From Candidatus Bipolaricaulota bacterium (lineage in GTDB: Bacteria > Bipolaricaulota > Bipolaricaulia > Bipolaricaulales > Bipolaricaulaceae): a DNA stretch of 64,000 bases. This document shows positions 40,945 through 50,730 of the stretch, one piece after another (within the stretch, counting starts at the first letter, position 1; every line of letters begins with the position of its first letter). A program made the position numbers and the translations under genes. The notes below the pieces were generated by a model, which was given only the letters and a program-made list of their open reading frames with translations, was not told the origin of the DNA and searched no databases. The stretch is from contig JAUQPF010000051.1 in assembly GCA_030550535.1 (NCBI GenBank), forward strand, positions 2,974-66,973. The letters run 5' to 3'.

Positions 40945-42179
40945 GCGCCGCCCCGCAAAAACTGTCGGAACCACCCAAAGAGGCGGGAGAGCATGCCCTT
41001 GGAACGCCGGGCCTGAAGGGTGCGGGCGAAGTCCCGGCCCTCCACGGCGAACTTCAACAGGCCCACGCCGGTGGCGAAGATGGGGGACTCCACGATCTCT
41101 TGGAACCCATGAACGTTCTTGGGGACGCTTCCGCGCCGCACGGTGATGCCGTAGCGGCGCTGGGCGAACTCCACGATGCCATGGAGGAGGGAAGTCCCGC
41201 CGGTGAGAACCATTCCGGCCGGGATGAGGTCGCGGTAACCCGCCTCCTCCACCTCCTGCATGGCCAAGTCCAAAATCTCCTCCACGCGCGGCTCGATGAT
41301 CTTCGCGAGCTTCTTACGGGAGACCTGACGCGTGCCTTCCCCGCCCAAGGTGGCCACCTCGATTTTCTCGTCGTCGCCCACGGCGTCCACAAGACATGTG
41401 CCATAAAGCTTTTTGATGCGCTCGGCCTCCTCAATGGGGGTCTGCAAGCCCACGGTGATGTCGTTGGTGATGTGCTCCCCTGCAATGGGGATGGTCTTGG
41501 AGAACCAAATATCGCCCCCGCGAAAGACGGAGATATCGGTGGTGCCTCCTCCGCAGTCCACAAGCATCACCCCGAGCTCCTTCTCCGCGGAGGAGAGGAC
41601 GGCCATGGCCGAGGCCAGGGGCTCCAGCACGATCTGTTTCACGCCAATCCCCACGGCCTCCACGCAGCGCACGAGGTTGTGCACGGCGGTGACTGAGCCC
41701 AAAACGATGTGCACGTCGGCCTCCAGGCGCGTGCCCGTCATGCCCACCGGATCGGTGATCCCCTCTTGGCCGTCCACGATGTACTGGCGGGGGATGATGT
41801 GGATGATCTGAAGGTCCGGGGAGATGGGGATGGCGCGTGCGGCCTCGATCACGCGCCGCACGTCCTCCTGGGTGATGATGCGGTCGGAGCGGGCGATGGA
41901 GATGACGGCGCTGTTGTTGATGGAGCGGATGTGCTTTCCGGCGATGCCCACGTAGGCCTCCCGGACCTTCACATCCGCCATGTTCTCCGCTTCCTCCACG
42001 GCTTTGCGGATGGACTGGATCGTTCGGCCGATGTCCACCACCACGCCCTTCTCCAGGCCACGGGAGGGAGCCACCCCCACCCCGATGATCTCGATGAAAT
42101 CGTCCACCACGTTGGCAATAAGACACGCGACCTTCGTCGTGCCCACGTCCAGCCCCACCACCAACCGCTCCCGCTTCAT
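40941..42179 (-). CDS. ftsA: cell division protein FtsA
   Basis: LVVGLDVGTTKVACLI..., actin-like ATPase fold motifs ...VDCGGGTTDISVF... Confidence 0.93.
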   Translation of the reverse strand: MKRERLVVGLDVGTTKVACLIANVVDDFIEIIGVGVAPSRGLEKGVVVDIGRTIQSIRKAVEEAENMADVKVREAYVGIAGKHIRSINNSAVISIARSDRIITQEDVRRVIEAARAIPISPDLQIIHIIPRQYIVDGQEGITDPVGMTGTRLEADVHIVLGSVTAVHNLVRCVEAVGIGVKQIVLEPLASAMAVLSSAEKELGVMLVDCGGGTTDISVFRGGDIWFSKTIPIAGEHITNDITVGLQTPIEEAERIKKLYGTCLVDAVGDDEKIEVATLGGEGTRQVSRKKLAKIIEPRVEEILDLAMQEVEEAGYRDLIPAGMVLTGGTSLLHGIVEFAQRRYGITVRRGSVPKNVHGFQEIVESPIFATGVGLLKFAVEGRDFARTLQARRSKGMLSRLFGWFRQFLRGGA

Positions 42180-42183
42180 GCCA

Positions 42184-42849
42184 TCACCGTCCCTTAGCCC
42201 GCTTGAGCACCACTATGTCGCGAAAACGCAAATCCACAAGGGCTTGCCCCTCCAATAACCCCTCCCGCCAAAGCGCCGAGAGGATACCGAGTTTTTCGGG
42301 AACCTGGCAAATCGCACCGAGGAGAAGGACCGGAGGGCCGGGGGCCACGGCCTCCTGGCCCGTGAGGTCCAACACAGGAAAGCGCTCGGCCAAGGCCCTG
42401 GGAAGCCGCTCCCAGGCCAAGGCCGTCTCCACGAGCTCCGGGGCCACCCGCCCCGGCGCCACCGCTTTCGCGCGCACGCGCGCGCCCGCCGCCGGCTCCA
42501 GGATCACCCCCTCCCGGTCCACCCAGAAGCTCCCCTGCCCGACGATCTCTAAAGCCACAAGGGGCGAACGCTCCCGAATTTCGATTTCCAGGCGCAAACG
42601 AAAAAAGTTTAGGCGCGCTTGCGCGCCCAGAACCCGAGAATCCCGAGCGAGTTCCGTCCATAAAGGCCTCAGATCCAACCGAAGTATATTGGCGCCCAAA
42701 AAGCGGCCTGTCAACTTTTCCACGGCCACGTAGCGCGCGGGATTCACCCGCACCTCCCGAACGCGTAGCCACCCTCCCCACCGGAAGGCCGTTCCGGCAA
42801 GGAGCAGGACAAGGAGGACTAAAACGAGGAGGCGAAGGAATTTGATCAC
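42184..42849 (-). CDS. ftsQ: cell division protein FtsQ/DivIB
   Basis: N-terminal TM LRLLVLVLLVLLLAG followed by a POTRA-like segment (VREVRVNPARYV...). Position between murB and ftsA. Confidence 0.8.
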   Translation of the reverse strand: MIKFLRLLVLVLLVLLLAGTAFRWGGWLRVREVRVNPARYVAVEKLTGRFLGANILRLDLRPLWTELARDSRVLGAQARLNFFRLRLEIEIRERSPLVALEIVGQGSFWVDREGVILEPAAGARVRAKAVAPGRVAPELVETALAWERLPRALAERFPVLDLTGQEAVAPGPPVLLLGAICQVPEKLGILSALWREGLLEGQALVDLRFRDIVVLKRAKGR

Positions 42850-43730
42850 GCGGGTACGACTTCGAGCTCCAGCTCCAGCCTCACCCGGAAAAGCTTTTCC
42901 ACGCGCTCTTGGGCAAGGGCGACGAGAGCGAGCACCTCCGTGGCCCTGGCCTGGCCGAGGTTCACGATGAAGTTCGCGTGCTTTGGGGAGATCTGGGCGT
43001 CGCCGATGCGCAGGCCCTTGAGGCCGGCCTGGTCAATGAGCCAGCCCGCGGAGAGGTTGGGAGGGTTGCGGAAAACGCAGCCGGCCGAAGGAAGGCCCAA
43101 AGGCTGCGTGCGCCGCCGCTCCGCCAGGAGCTCCTCCACCGCGCGCTTCTCCTTGGGCTTGCGCAGTTCCACGCCCAAAACGGGAAGCCGCTGCAGGCGA
43201 AAGAGGGAGGTGCGGTAGCCGAACCCGCACTCCTCCTTGGGAACGAGCCGAACGTTTCCGTCCGGAAGCAGGGTCTGCACGGCCACGACATAGGAGGAGA
43301 TGGAGCCATGCTTGGTCCCGGCGTTCATCACCACCGCCCCTCCGGCGGTGCCGGGGATGCCCGCGAGCTCCCACAGGCCCTGGCGCACCAGGCCCGCAAG
43401 GGGGTAGCCGGGCTCCACCCAAAGCGTCTCGCCTCGGTCCTCCACGTGCCGCAAAAGGCCCGTGTGCAGGATCACACCGGGGAAGCCCTCGTCGGCGAAG
43501 AGGAGCTTGGCCCCGCCCCCGATGACGCGGTGGGGCACGCCCTCGCCGCGCAGGCGGCGCACGGCCTCCACCAGGGCCTCCACGGTGGTCGGCCAGTACA
43601 TGACCCAGGCCGGGCCGCCGATGCGAAAAGTGGTGTGGGAGCTCAAGGGTTCGCCCACCCGCCGCGGCCCCGGCAAATCCGCTAGGAGCCGGAGGAGAGG
43701 GAGCGCGCCATCTCGCGGCTGAGCTTCCAT
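42846..43730 (-). CDS. murB: UDP-N-acetylenolpyruvoylglucosamine reductase
   Basis: ...PLSSHTTFRIGGPA..., ...VIGGGAKLL..., ...SAGCVFRNP... Start ambiguous: ATG comp 43730 overlaps murC by 49 nt; TTG comp 43676 gives no overlap. Confidence 0.88.
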   Translation of the reverse strand: MEAQPRDGALPLLRLLADLPGPRRVGEPLSSHTTFRIGGPAWVMYWPTTVEALVEAVRRLRGEGVPHRVIGGGAKLLFADEGFPGVILHTGLLRHVEDRGETLWVEPGYPLAGLVRQGLWELAGIPGTAGGAVVMNAGTKHGSISSYVVAVQTLLPDGNVRLVPKEECGFGYRTSLFRLQRLPVLGVELRKPKEKRAVEELLAERRRTQPLGLPSAGCVFRNPPNLSAGWLIDQAGLKGLRIGDAQISPKHANFIVNLGQARATEVLALVALAQERVEKLFRVRLELELEVVPA

Positions 43731-45037
43731 ATGTCCCCCGCACCGAAACCGACCACGATGTCGCCCGGCCGGATGAGCTCGGCCGCGGCGTCCATGGCCT
43801 GGAGGAGCTCGGGACGGAACAAGGCCCGGCCGCCGCACCGCAGCACGGCCTCGGCCACCTGGCGGCCACTCACCCCAGGAATGGGCGGCTCAAACGCGGG
43901 GTAGATCTCGGTGACCACCACCCAATCCGCCCGGGCGAGGACCGCGCCGAAGGCTTCCGCCAAAAGGGCGGTGCGCGTGAACCGGTGGGGCTGGAACACG
44001 GCGACGATGCGCCGGCCCGGCCAGCCCCCCCGCAGGGCGGAAAGCCCCGCCGCGAGCTCTGTGGGATGGTGGGCGTAGTCGTCCACCACGAGGTAGCCGT
44101 TCTCCTCGAGGATCTCCAGCCGGCGCTTGGGGCGGGGCGCGGAGGCCAGGTTCGCCACCATTTCCGAAAGGCCGAGGCCGAGGACGTGTCCGGCGGCCAG
44201 GGCGGCCAAGGCGTTGCGCACGTTGTGCACCCCTGGCCCGGGCACCTCCACCACGCCCCGGCTCCGGCCGAAGGCGTGCAGCTCGAAAAACGCCCGTTCC
44301 CCCTGGAACCGCAAACCTCGCGCTTGGAAGTGCGTTCCCCGTGTCAGGCCGAAGGTGAGGCAATCCCGGGCTTCCCGGGCGAGGGCCAGGGCCACGGGGT
44401 CGTCCCCGGCCACCACTGCCTTCTCCGCGCGGGCCAGGAACAGGGAGAAAGCCCTCTTCAGGCCGGAAAAACCGTGGTACGTGCCCAGGTGGTCCGTGTC
44501 CACCGAGGTGAGGACCGCGAGCTTGGGCTGAAGATGGACGAAACGGCCGTCCGACTCGTCGATTTCGGCCACAAAGAGGCGCTCGTGGCCCCAGGACGCG
44601 CAAGGAAGCCCAGGCACCTGCCCGCCGATGTAGTGCCCGGGCATCAGGCCGCCCGCGCGCAGCAGGTGGGTGATCCAGGTGGTGGTGGTGGTTTTTCCGT
44701 GCGTACCCGCCACGGCCACCAGATCCCGCCCCTCCCAAAGGTGGCGAAGGGCATAGAGGCGAGGAAGCACGAGAACGCCGCTTTTGACCGCACAAAGCTC
44801 GGGGTTATCCGGCTTCACCGCGGAGGAGAAGACCAGGGCATCCAAGCCCTCGGGCAGGTTTTCGGGAGCGTGACCCACCGCCACTTCCGCCCACTCCGCC
44901 ACCTCCCAGAGCTTGGGCGAGGCGCAGAGGTCGGAGCCGGAGACCTTGGCCCCGCCCTGCCAGAGGAGGCGGGCCAAGCCCGCCATGCCATCCCCTGCGA
45001 TCCCCACCAGGTGGACCCGCCGAAAATCCGTGCTCAT
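43682..45037 (-). CDS. murC: UDP-N-acetylmuramate--L-alanine ligase
   Basis: MSTDFRRVHLVGIAGDGMAGLA..., AGTHGKTTTT, ...DESDG... ATG comp(45035-45037) overlaps the murG stop (ATGA). The 307-codon ORF-track N-terminal extension is rejected. Confidence 0.93.
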   Translation of the reverse strand: MSTDFRRVHLVGIAGDGMAGLARLLWQGGAKVSGSDLCASPKLWEVAEWAEVAVGHAPENLPEGLDALVFSSAVKPDNPELCAVKSGVLVLPRLYALRHLWEGRDLVAVAGTHGKTTTTTWITHLLRAGGLMPGHYIGGQVPGLPCASWGHERLFVAEIDESDGRFVHLQPKLAVLTSVDTDHLGTYHGFSGLKRAFSLFLARAEKAVVAGDDPVALALAREARDCLTFGLTRGTHFQARGLRFQGERAFFELHAFGRSRGVVEVPGPGVHNVRNALAALAAGHVLGLGLSEMVANLASAPRPKRRLEILEENGYLVVDDYAHHPTELAAGLSALRGGWPGRRIVAVFQPHRFTRTALLAEAFGAVLARADWVVVTEIYPAFEPPIPGVSGRQVAEAVLRCGGRALFRPELLQAMDAAAELIRPGDIVVGFGAGDIWKLSREMARSLSSGS

Positions 45038-46110
45038 AGGCCTTCCTTCCTTTGCCCCAATTCCCGAAGGGTCTGGGCCACGGCGCGGGCGGCCTCCGGC
45101 CGGGCCTGGGCCCGGGCTGCCGCGGCCATGCGCTCCAAGGCGGCCCCGTCGGCCCAAAGCTCCCCCACAAGGGGCGCAAGCCGCGCGGGCAACTCCTTTT
45201 CGCGCACCAAAACGGCGGCCCCGCAAGCGGCGAAATACGCGGCATTGCGGGCCTGGTGCCCATCGGCCGCGCCCTCCCAGGGGACGAGGAGGGCCGGGCG
45301 CCCCGCGCAGGCGAGCTCCGCCAAGGTGGAGGCACCGGCCCGGGCCAGCACCAGCCGCGCCCGACCCAGGAGCCCGTCCATCCTCTCCGTGAAGGCCAGG
45401 GCTTGGGCTTCCACGCCCGCGCGGCGCAAGGCCTCCTCCACGCCCTTCGGATCCCCGGCCCTTCCCACCACCACCCGCAGGCGCAGGCCGGGGATGCGCG
45501 CAAGCTCGGGCGCGGCCTGGATCACGGCCTCCACGAGCCGCCGCGACCCCAGCGACCCCCCGAGGACGAGGAGCTCCTCCCCCAATTCCCTGGGCACTGT
45601 GGTGATCTCCCGGCGCACGGGGTTCCCGGTGACCCGCGTTCTCGCCCCCCTGGGGCAGCCCGAGGTTTGGGGGAACGTGAGGAGAACGGCGTCGGCCAGA
45701 CGGGCCAGGAGGCGGTTGGCGAGGCCCATTTTGGCGTTCTGCTCGTGGATGGCCACCGGGATCCCTAGGAGCTTGGCGGCCAGGGCCGGAGCCACCGCGG
45801 GATAGCCGCCCATGGCCAGGAGCACGTGGGGCCGGAAGGCCGCAAGGAGGCGGCGCGCTCGGACCAGGGCGTGGGCATCGTGGGCGAGGGCCGCGGGCCA
45901 CCGCCACGGTTCTCCCCGGGGAAGGCCCCGGCTGGGGATGGGGAAAAACGTGATCCACGGCCGTTTCTCCAGGACTTTTTGTTCGAGCCCATCGGGTTTC
46001 CCGATCCAGCCGGCCGCGGAAAGCCCCTCTTGGGCGCGCAGCTCCTCCAGGACGGCGAGGGCCGGGAACACATGGCCGCCGGAGCCGCCCGCTGCCACCA
46101 TCACCCGCAT
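45034..46110 (-). CDS. murG: undecaprenyldiphospho-muramoylpentapeptide beta-N-acetylglucosaminyltransferase
   Basis: MRVMVAAGGSGGHVFPALAV..., GT28 layout. Confidence 0.92.
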   Translation of the reverse strand: MRVMVAAGGSGGHVFPALAVLEELRAQEGLSAAGWIGKPDGLEQKVLEKRPWITFFPIPSRGLPRGEPWRWPAALAHDAHALVRARRLLAAFRPHVLLAMGGYPAVAPALAAKLLGIPVAIHEQNAKMGLANRLLARLADAVLLTFPQTSGCPRGARTRVTGNPVRREITTVPRELGEELLVLGGSLGSRRLVEAVIQAAPELARIPGLRLRVVVGRAGDPKGVEEALRRAGVEAQALAFTERMDGLLGRARLVLARAGASTLAELACAGRPALLVPWEGAADGHQARNAAYFAACGAAVLVREKELPARLAPLVGELWADGAALERMAAAARAQARPEAARAVAQTLRELGQRKEGL

Positions 46111-46114
46111 CGTC

Positions 46115-47221
46115 CTAGACCTCCGGCATCACCCATACCCCCGGGGAAACGCGCGCCGCGCGGGCCACGCCCAGGATCAGCCCGACCAGGCCCAGGCTCA
46201 CCACCACGGAGGTGCCCCCGTAGCTGAGGAAGGGCAGGGTCAGGCCGGTCACAGGAAGGACCCCGACCACCACCCCCAGGTTCAGCACCGTCTGGAGCCC
46301 CAAAAGGAAGGAGGCACCCATGGCGTAGAGGGCACCCAGTTTGTCCGGCGCGCGCCGTGCGGTCTGAAAGCCGAAGACCACGAGCGCCGCGTAGAGGGCC
46401 ATGAGCAAGGAGACGCCCAAAAAACCGATCTCCTCGGCCACCACAGCGAACACAAAGTCGTTGTGGGCCGAAGGAAGATAAAAGAGCTTGGCCCGCGAGG
46501 CCCCTAACCCCCGGCCCAGGATCCCGCCCGAGCCGATGGCGATCACCGCCTGGTAGAGCTGGTAGGCCAGGGTGTGGCGGTAGGCCTCGGGGTTGAGGAA
46601 CGCCAGGAATCGCTCCAGGCGGTAGCGGGCGGAGAGGAGGAGGACGGCGCCCAAAGGGAGGCTAGCCAGGCCGGTGAGGAGGAGGTGACGGGCGGGCACC
46701 CCCCCTGCCCAAAGGAGGAACACCGTGAGGCACGCGTACACCGCGAGCATGCCGAAATCCGGCTGCAGAAGAAGGATCACAGCGAAAAGCCCGAGCACGA
46801 AGAGGTGCGGAAGGAGCCCGTGTTTCGGGAGGTGGAGGAGTCCCTCCCGGCGCAGGAGGGATCCGGAGAGGTAAAGGAGAAGGGCGATTTTCCCAAGCTC
46901 CGAGGGCTGGAAGACGAGGGGGCCGCGGCCGAGCCAGCGGGCGCCCGCGCTTAAAGGGGGGACGAGGGTCAAGGCGGTGAGGAGCCAGGCGCCCCCAAGG
47001 AGGATGTCGTCCACCTCGGCCCAGCGGTGGTAGTCCACGCGCCAAAAGAGGAGGAGGGCGAGGAGGCCCAAGCCTACGGCCACCGCTTGCCGCCGGAGCA
47101 TGGCCCAGGGATCGCCATAAAGCCGGGCGGAGACGGGGGCGGAGGCCGTGCTCACAAACAGGAGCCCCGCCAGGACAAGGAAGGCGGCCACCACCAAGAC
47201 CCTCTCCTCCAGGCCGAGCAT
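46115..47221 (-). CDS. ftsW: SEDS-family peptidoglycan glycosyltransferase FtsW
   Basis: Polytopic. ...PSELGKIALLLY..., ...HNDFVFAVVAEEIGFLG..., ...LPFLSYGGTS. ATG comp 47221 has GGAGGG upstream and is preferred over TTG 47257. Confidence 0.9.
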   Translation of the reverse strand: MLGLEERVLVVAAFLVLAGLLFVSTASAPVSARLYGDPWAMLRRQAVAVGLGLLALLLFWRVDYHRWAEVDDILLGGAWLLTALTLVPPLSAGARWLGRGPLVFQPSELGKIALLLYLSGSLLRREGLLHLPKHGLLPHLFVLGLFAVILLLQPDFGMLAVYACLTVFLLWAGGVPARHLLLTGLASLPLGAVLLLSARYRLERFLAFLNPEAYRHTLAYQLYQAVIAIGSGGILGRGLGASRAKLFYLPSAHNDFVFAVVAEEIGFLGVSLLMALYAALVVFGFQTARRAPDKLGALYAMGASFLLGLQTVLNLGVVVGVLPVTGLTLPFLSYGGTSVVVSLGLVGLILGVARAARVSPGVWVMPEV

Positions 47222-47319
47222 GGCCCTCCAGTGTCGTTCCAAAGGACCGTTGCCCAAAGGAAAGACCGGGCCGCTTGAGGGGTCCTACGTGCGGAGCGAA
47301 GGTGCGGAACGTCCCCGAT

Positions 47320-48597
47320 TTAGGGGACGGCTGGCCCTTCTTGGGCCAGGCGCCAAAACGCCTGCTTGAAGGCCTCGCCGCGGTGGGCGTAGTCCCGGAA
47401 CTGGTCGAAGCTGGCGCAGGCGGGGGAGAGGAGGACGGTGTCGCCCGGCTGGGCCAGCTCATAGGCCTTGCGCAGGGCGTCATCGGGGTCGGAGGCCAAG
47501 AGGTAGGGGACATCCCAGGCCTGAAGGAGCGCGGCGAAGAACCCCTGGGATTCGCCGATGAGGACGCAGGCGCGGACTTTCTCGCGCAAAAGGGGCTCCA
47601 AGGCCGCGTAGCCGCCGCGTTTGTGGCGGCCGCCCAGGATGAGCACCACCGGACCCGGCATGGCCCGCAGGGCCGCGCAGGTGGCGTGGGCGTTGGTCCC
47701 CTTGGAGTCGTTGACGAAGGGGATGCCCCGGATCTCCCCCACCCGCTCCAACCGATGGGGCTGGCGGAGGATCGGCTCCAGGGCGGAAAAGGGTGGAGGA
47801 TCGTGGGGAAGGAGGGCGGAGCAGGCGGCCCACGCGGCCCGGAGGTTGCAGCCCAGGTGCTCAGGAACCCCCTTCCTCCAATCCCCAGGGAGCTCCGTCT
47901 CCTCGATGAGGCGCACCCGCGCCCGCGGGGCCACCTGGCTCAGGATCTCCCGGCCCAGGACGGCGAGGTCCTCTTCCCTCTGCCTTCGGAGGAGGTTGGC
48001 TTTGGCCGCAAAGTAGTGGGCTAGGTTGGGGTGGTAGTCGAGGTGATCAGGGGCAAAATTCAGCCACACCGCCGCCTCAGGCCGGAACCGCTCCGTCCAC
48101 AGGAGCTGGAAGGAGCTGACCTCCAAAACCCATGGTTTTCCGGCCGCCGCGTCGACCGTGCCGATCGCGGGCCGGCCGATGTTCCCCGCCACCACGGGTT
48201 CCTGCCCCCACGCCCGCAGGATGGCGCCCACGAGCTCCGTGGTCGTGGATTTTCCGTTGGTGCCGGTGATGGCCACGGTGAACGCGGGCGAGGCCAGTCG
48301 CCAGGCGAGCTCGATCTCCGACCAGACCGGGATCCTCCGTCGCACCGCCTCCGCCACCACCGGGGTGTGGGGAGGGACCCCGGGGCTGGGCACGAGGAGC
48401 TCGGCCTCCAAACAGGCGGGGCTGTGCCCGCCCTCTTCGTAGGGCACATTGTGCTCCTCCAGGAACGCCCGCTCCTCGGGGGAAAGGCTTCGGGACTCGG
48501 ACAGGAAAAGCTGAGCTTTTCCGGAGAGGGTCTCCACGAGGGCCCGGCCGGTGCGGCCCAAACCCAGGATCGTGATCCTTCGGGGGAGGTCGGTCAT
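47320..48597 (-). CDS. murD: UDP-N-acetylmuramoylalanine--D-glutamate ligase
   Basis: ITILGLGRTGRAL..., ITGTNGKSTTT, ...NDSKGTN... Confidence 0.93.
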   Translation of the reverse strand: MTDLPRRITILGLGRTGRALVETLSGKAQLFLSESRSLSPEERAFLEEHNVPYEEGGHSPACLEAELLVPSPGVPPHTPVVAEAVRRRIPVWSEIELAWRLASPAFTVAITGTNGKSTTTELVGAILRAWGQEPVVAGNIGRPAIGTVDAAAGKPWVLEVSSFQLLWTERFRPEAAVWLNFAPDHLDYHPNLAHYFAAKANLLRRQREEDLAVLGREILSQVAPRARVRLIEETELPGDWRKGVPEHLGCNLRAAWAACSALLPHDPPPFSALEPILRQPHRLERVGEIRGIPFVNDSKGTNAHATCAALRAMPGPVVLILGGRHKRGGYAALEPLLREKVRACVLIGESQGFFAALLQAWDVPYLLASDPDDALRKAYELAQPGDTVLLSPACASFDQFRDYAHRGEAFKQAFWRLAQEGPAVP

Positions 48598-49505
48598 CCG
48601 CGCAGGGCCTCCGCGATCCTGCGCTCCAGGACCTGGGCCAGCGAGAAGCGCTCCAGCTGCAGGTAGTACTCGGCCACCTGGACCAGGGCCTCCTCGGGGA
48701 TGAGCCCCACGATCTCCGTGCCCACGACAGGGACGCCAAAGCGCTGGGCCTCCCTGCGCACGAGCTCCAGGACCCGGGGGAGCGGGGTCTTCCGAAAGTT
48801 CGTGAGGTTCATGGAGACCTGGACGATCCCGCGTTCTTTGAGCTCCATCCCCAGGGCCTTGACATGGCGCAGCCCGCCGGAGGAGAACCGCACGGCCTTG
48901 GCGATCTCCTGAGCGATCCGGAGGTCGTTTGTGCCCAAATTCACGTTGAAGGCGATGAGGAACTCCCGGGCGCCCACGGCGGTGACCCCGGCCGTGGGAT
49001 GCACCACGGGCTCCCCAAAGTCCGGGGCCCAGCGGGGATCCTTGATCTTCTCGAAGAAGCCCTCGAACTCGCCTTTGCGGATCTCCGCGAGGTCCTGGCG
49101 CTCGGGCCGGGTGGCGGCCTCCGCGTAGAGGTAAACGGGAACGCGAAAGCGCTCCCAGATCTCCTTGCCCACGGTTTTGGCCAGGGCCACGCAGTCGGCC
49201 ATCTTGACCCCCCGCACGGGCACGAAAGGCACGACGTCCACCGCGCCCATGCGCGGGTGCTCCCCGCGGTGGACGCGCAGATCGATGCGGGGAAGCGCCG
49301 CCGCGAACAGGCGGTACACGGCCTCGGCCACACCCTCCGGTTCGCCGACGAACGTGAAAACGGTGCGGTTGTGGTCGGGGTCGGACTGGACGTCGAGAAG
49401 GCGCACGGTGGGTACGGCGCGGATGGCTTCGGCCATGGCCTCGATGGACTCCCTATTGCGGCCCTCCGAGACGTTGGGCACGCACTCAACGAGCTTCTCC
49501 CACAT
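48594..49505 (-). CDS. glutamate formimidoyltransferase
   Basis: Hallmark N-terminus LVECVPNVSEGRN..., ...HNRTVFTFVG..., ...HPRMGAVDVVPFVP... The stop overlaps the murD start (ATGA). Confidence 0.88.
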   Translation of the reverse strand: MWEKLVECVPNVSEGRNRESIEAMAEAIRAVPTVRLLDVQSDPDHNRTVFTFVGEPEGVAEAVYRLFAAALPRIDLRVHRGEHPRMGAVDVVPFVPVRGVKMADCVALAKTVGKEIWERFRVPVYLYAEAATRPERQDLAEIRKGEFEGFFEKIKDPRWAPDFGEPVVHPTAGVTAVGAREFLIAFNVNLGTNDLRIAQEIAKAVRFSSGGLRHVKALGMELKERGIVQVSMNLTNFRKTPLPRVLELVRREAQRFGVPVVGTEIVGLIPEEALVQVAEYYLQLERFSLAQVLERRIAEALRG

Positions 49506-49911
49506 CCCGCACCACCAGGGTGATCTCGGCCTCGGCCACGGGCTCCCCTTCCACCTCGGCTTGGACCTGGGCCTGGAGGACGGGCCCCCGGCGGCGGAGG
49601 AGCTTGGCCCGGAAGGTGAGGCGGTCCCCGGGCACGACAGGCCGGCGGAACCGGGCCCGCCCCACCTCCGCCAACACCGCGAGCTTCCCCTCCCCCAAAA
49701 GAAGCCCGGCCGTTTGGGCCATCCCCTCCAGGATCATCGTGCCGGGCATGACGGAGGGGAAGGGCGGCCGAAAGTGGCCCTGAAAATAGGGCTCATTGAC
49801 CGTCACGCACTTTTGGGCCACCACCTCCTCCTCGGTGCGGGAAAGCACGCGGTCGAGGAGGAGGTAGGGATAGCCCAGGGGCAGGGCCCGCTTGAGCGCC
49901 TCGATGTCCAT
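49486..49911 (-). CDS. fabZ: 3-hydroxyacyl-ACP dehydratase
   Basis: ...LPLGYPYLLLDRV..., ...NEPYFQGHF..PVMPGTMILEGMAQ... The ATG comp 49911 shares one base with the skp stop (TGATG). Confidence 0.9.
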   Translation of the reverse strand: MDIEALKRALPLGYPYLLLDRVLSRTEEEVVAQKCVTVNEPYFQGHFRPPFPSVMPGTMILEGMAQTAGLLLGEGKLAVLAEVGRARFRRPVVPGDRLTFRAKLLRRRGPVLQAQVQAEVEGEPVAEAEITLVVRDVGEAR

Positions 49912-50708
49912 CAATTGGCGGGGAACAGGTTCCAAAGGCGCTTCTCCACCTCAGAAGTCAGGTTCGCCACGGCCGGGGCCCGCTGGTACATGACCACGTC
50001 CTTCGTGCGCAGGACGATGTCATAACCCAGCTCCTGGGCCACCTGCTGGGAGATCTCCAGGATCTTCACGGCCGCGACCTGGGTGAGGAGCTGGTCCACC
50101 TGCTGGAACGCCGCCTGAAGCTGCTGGACCTGGGCGAGGAAATCGGTCACGTTGAGGATCGTGACCTGGGCCTGTTTCACGAGGGCTTCCACTTGGTCCG
50201 CCAAGGGCTTCGCTTGGTCCCGCAGGTTCTGGAGGTCCGCGCGCAGGTTGGCAAATCCTGGCGAGGCGATCATTTTGTTGAGCATGGACATGTTCACCTG
50301 GACCTGGGCCTGGAGGTACTCGGCCTGGAGCTTAGCGTACTGCTGCTGGAAGGCGTCCGGCCTGATCTGGCCCTGCGCGTACTTGGTCTGAAGGTCCCGG
50401 ATGGCCTGGGCCTTGGCCAGAAGGGCGCTGCGCTCCGCGGCCACCTGGGGCAAGAACACGGTGGTGAAGAGGTTTTCCGCGTCCACCACCCCGATCTTGA
50501 GGCTCGTTCCCGAAGCAGCGGGAAGATTGGCGACTTTACCCTCCAGGATCTGCACGCGGGCCTGGAGCGCCCCCAAGTCCTTGGCCAATCCGGCGGTGTC
50601 CCCGCTCTTTGGGGAGAACACCATTCCGCCCACGATCCCGCCCGCAAACCCAAGGATCAACGAGCCCACGACACCCCCGACGATCCACACCGCAAGCTTC
50701 CCGTTCAT
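49911..50708 (-). CDS. OmpH/Skp-like periplasmic chaperone with long Q/A-rich coiled coil
   Basis: N-terminal hydrophobic anchor LAVWIVGGVVGSLILGFAGGIVGG, then heptad-like QA-rich helices. Position between bamA and fabZ. Confidence 0.65.
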   Translation of the reverse strand: MNGKLAVWIVGGVVGSLILGFAGGIVGGMVFSPKSGDTAGLAKDLGALQARVQILEGKVANLPAASGTSLKIGVVDAENLFTTVFLPQVAAERSALLAKAQAIRDLQTKYAQGQIRPDAFQQQYAKLQAEYLQAQVQVNMSMLNKMIASPGFANLRADLQNLRDQAKPLADQVEALVKQAQVTILNVTDFLAQVQQLQAAFQQVDQLLTQVAAVKILEISQQVAQELGYDIVLRTKDVVMYQRAPAVANLTSEVEKRLWNLFPAN

Positions 50709-50730
50709 TTCTCCTCCTTGGTTTTTCGCC

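Noticed and set aside
45038-45958. 307-codon N-terminal extension of murC in ORF 43682..45958.
   Set aside because: R/G/P-rich nonsense overlapping murG in another frame. The canonical MurC N-terminus begins at the ATG that overlaps the murG stop.
47296-47319. Hairpin GTCCCC-TAAATC-GGGGAC just after the murD stop as a terminator splitting the dcw block.
   Set aside because: The stem is only 6 bp and no U-tract follows. ftsW with a good GGAGGG RBS follows, so this is more likely read through.
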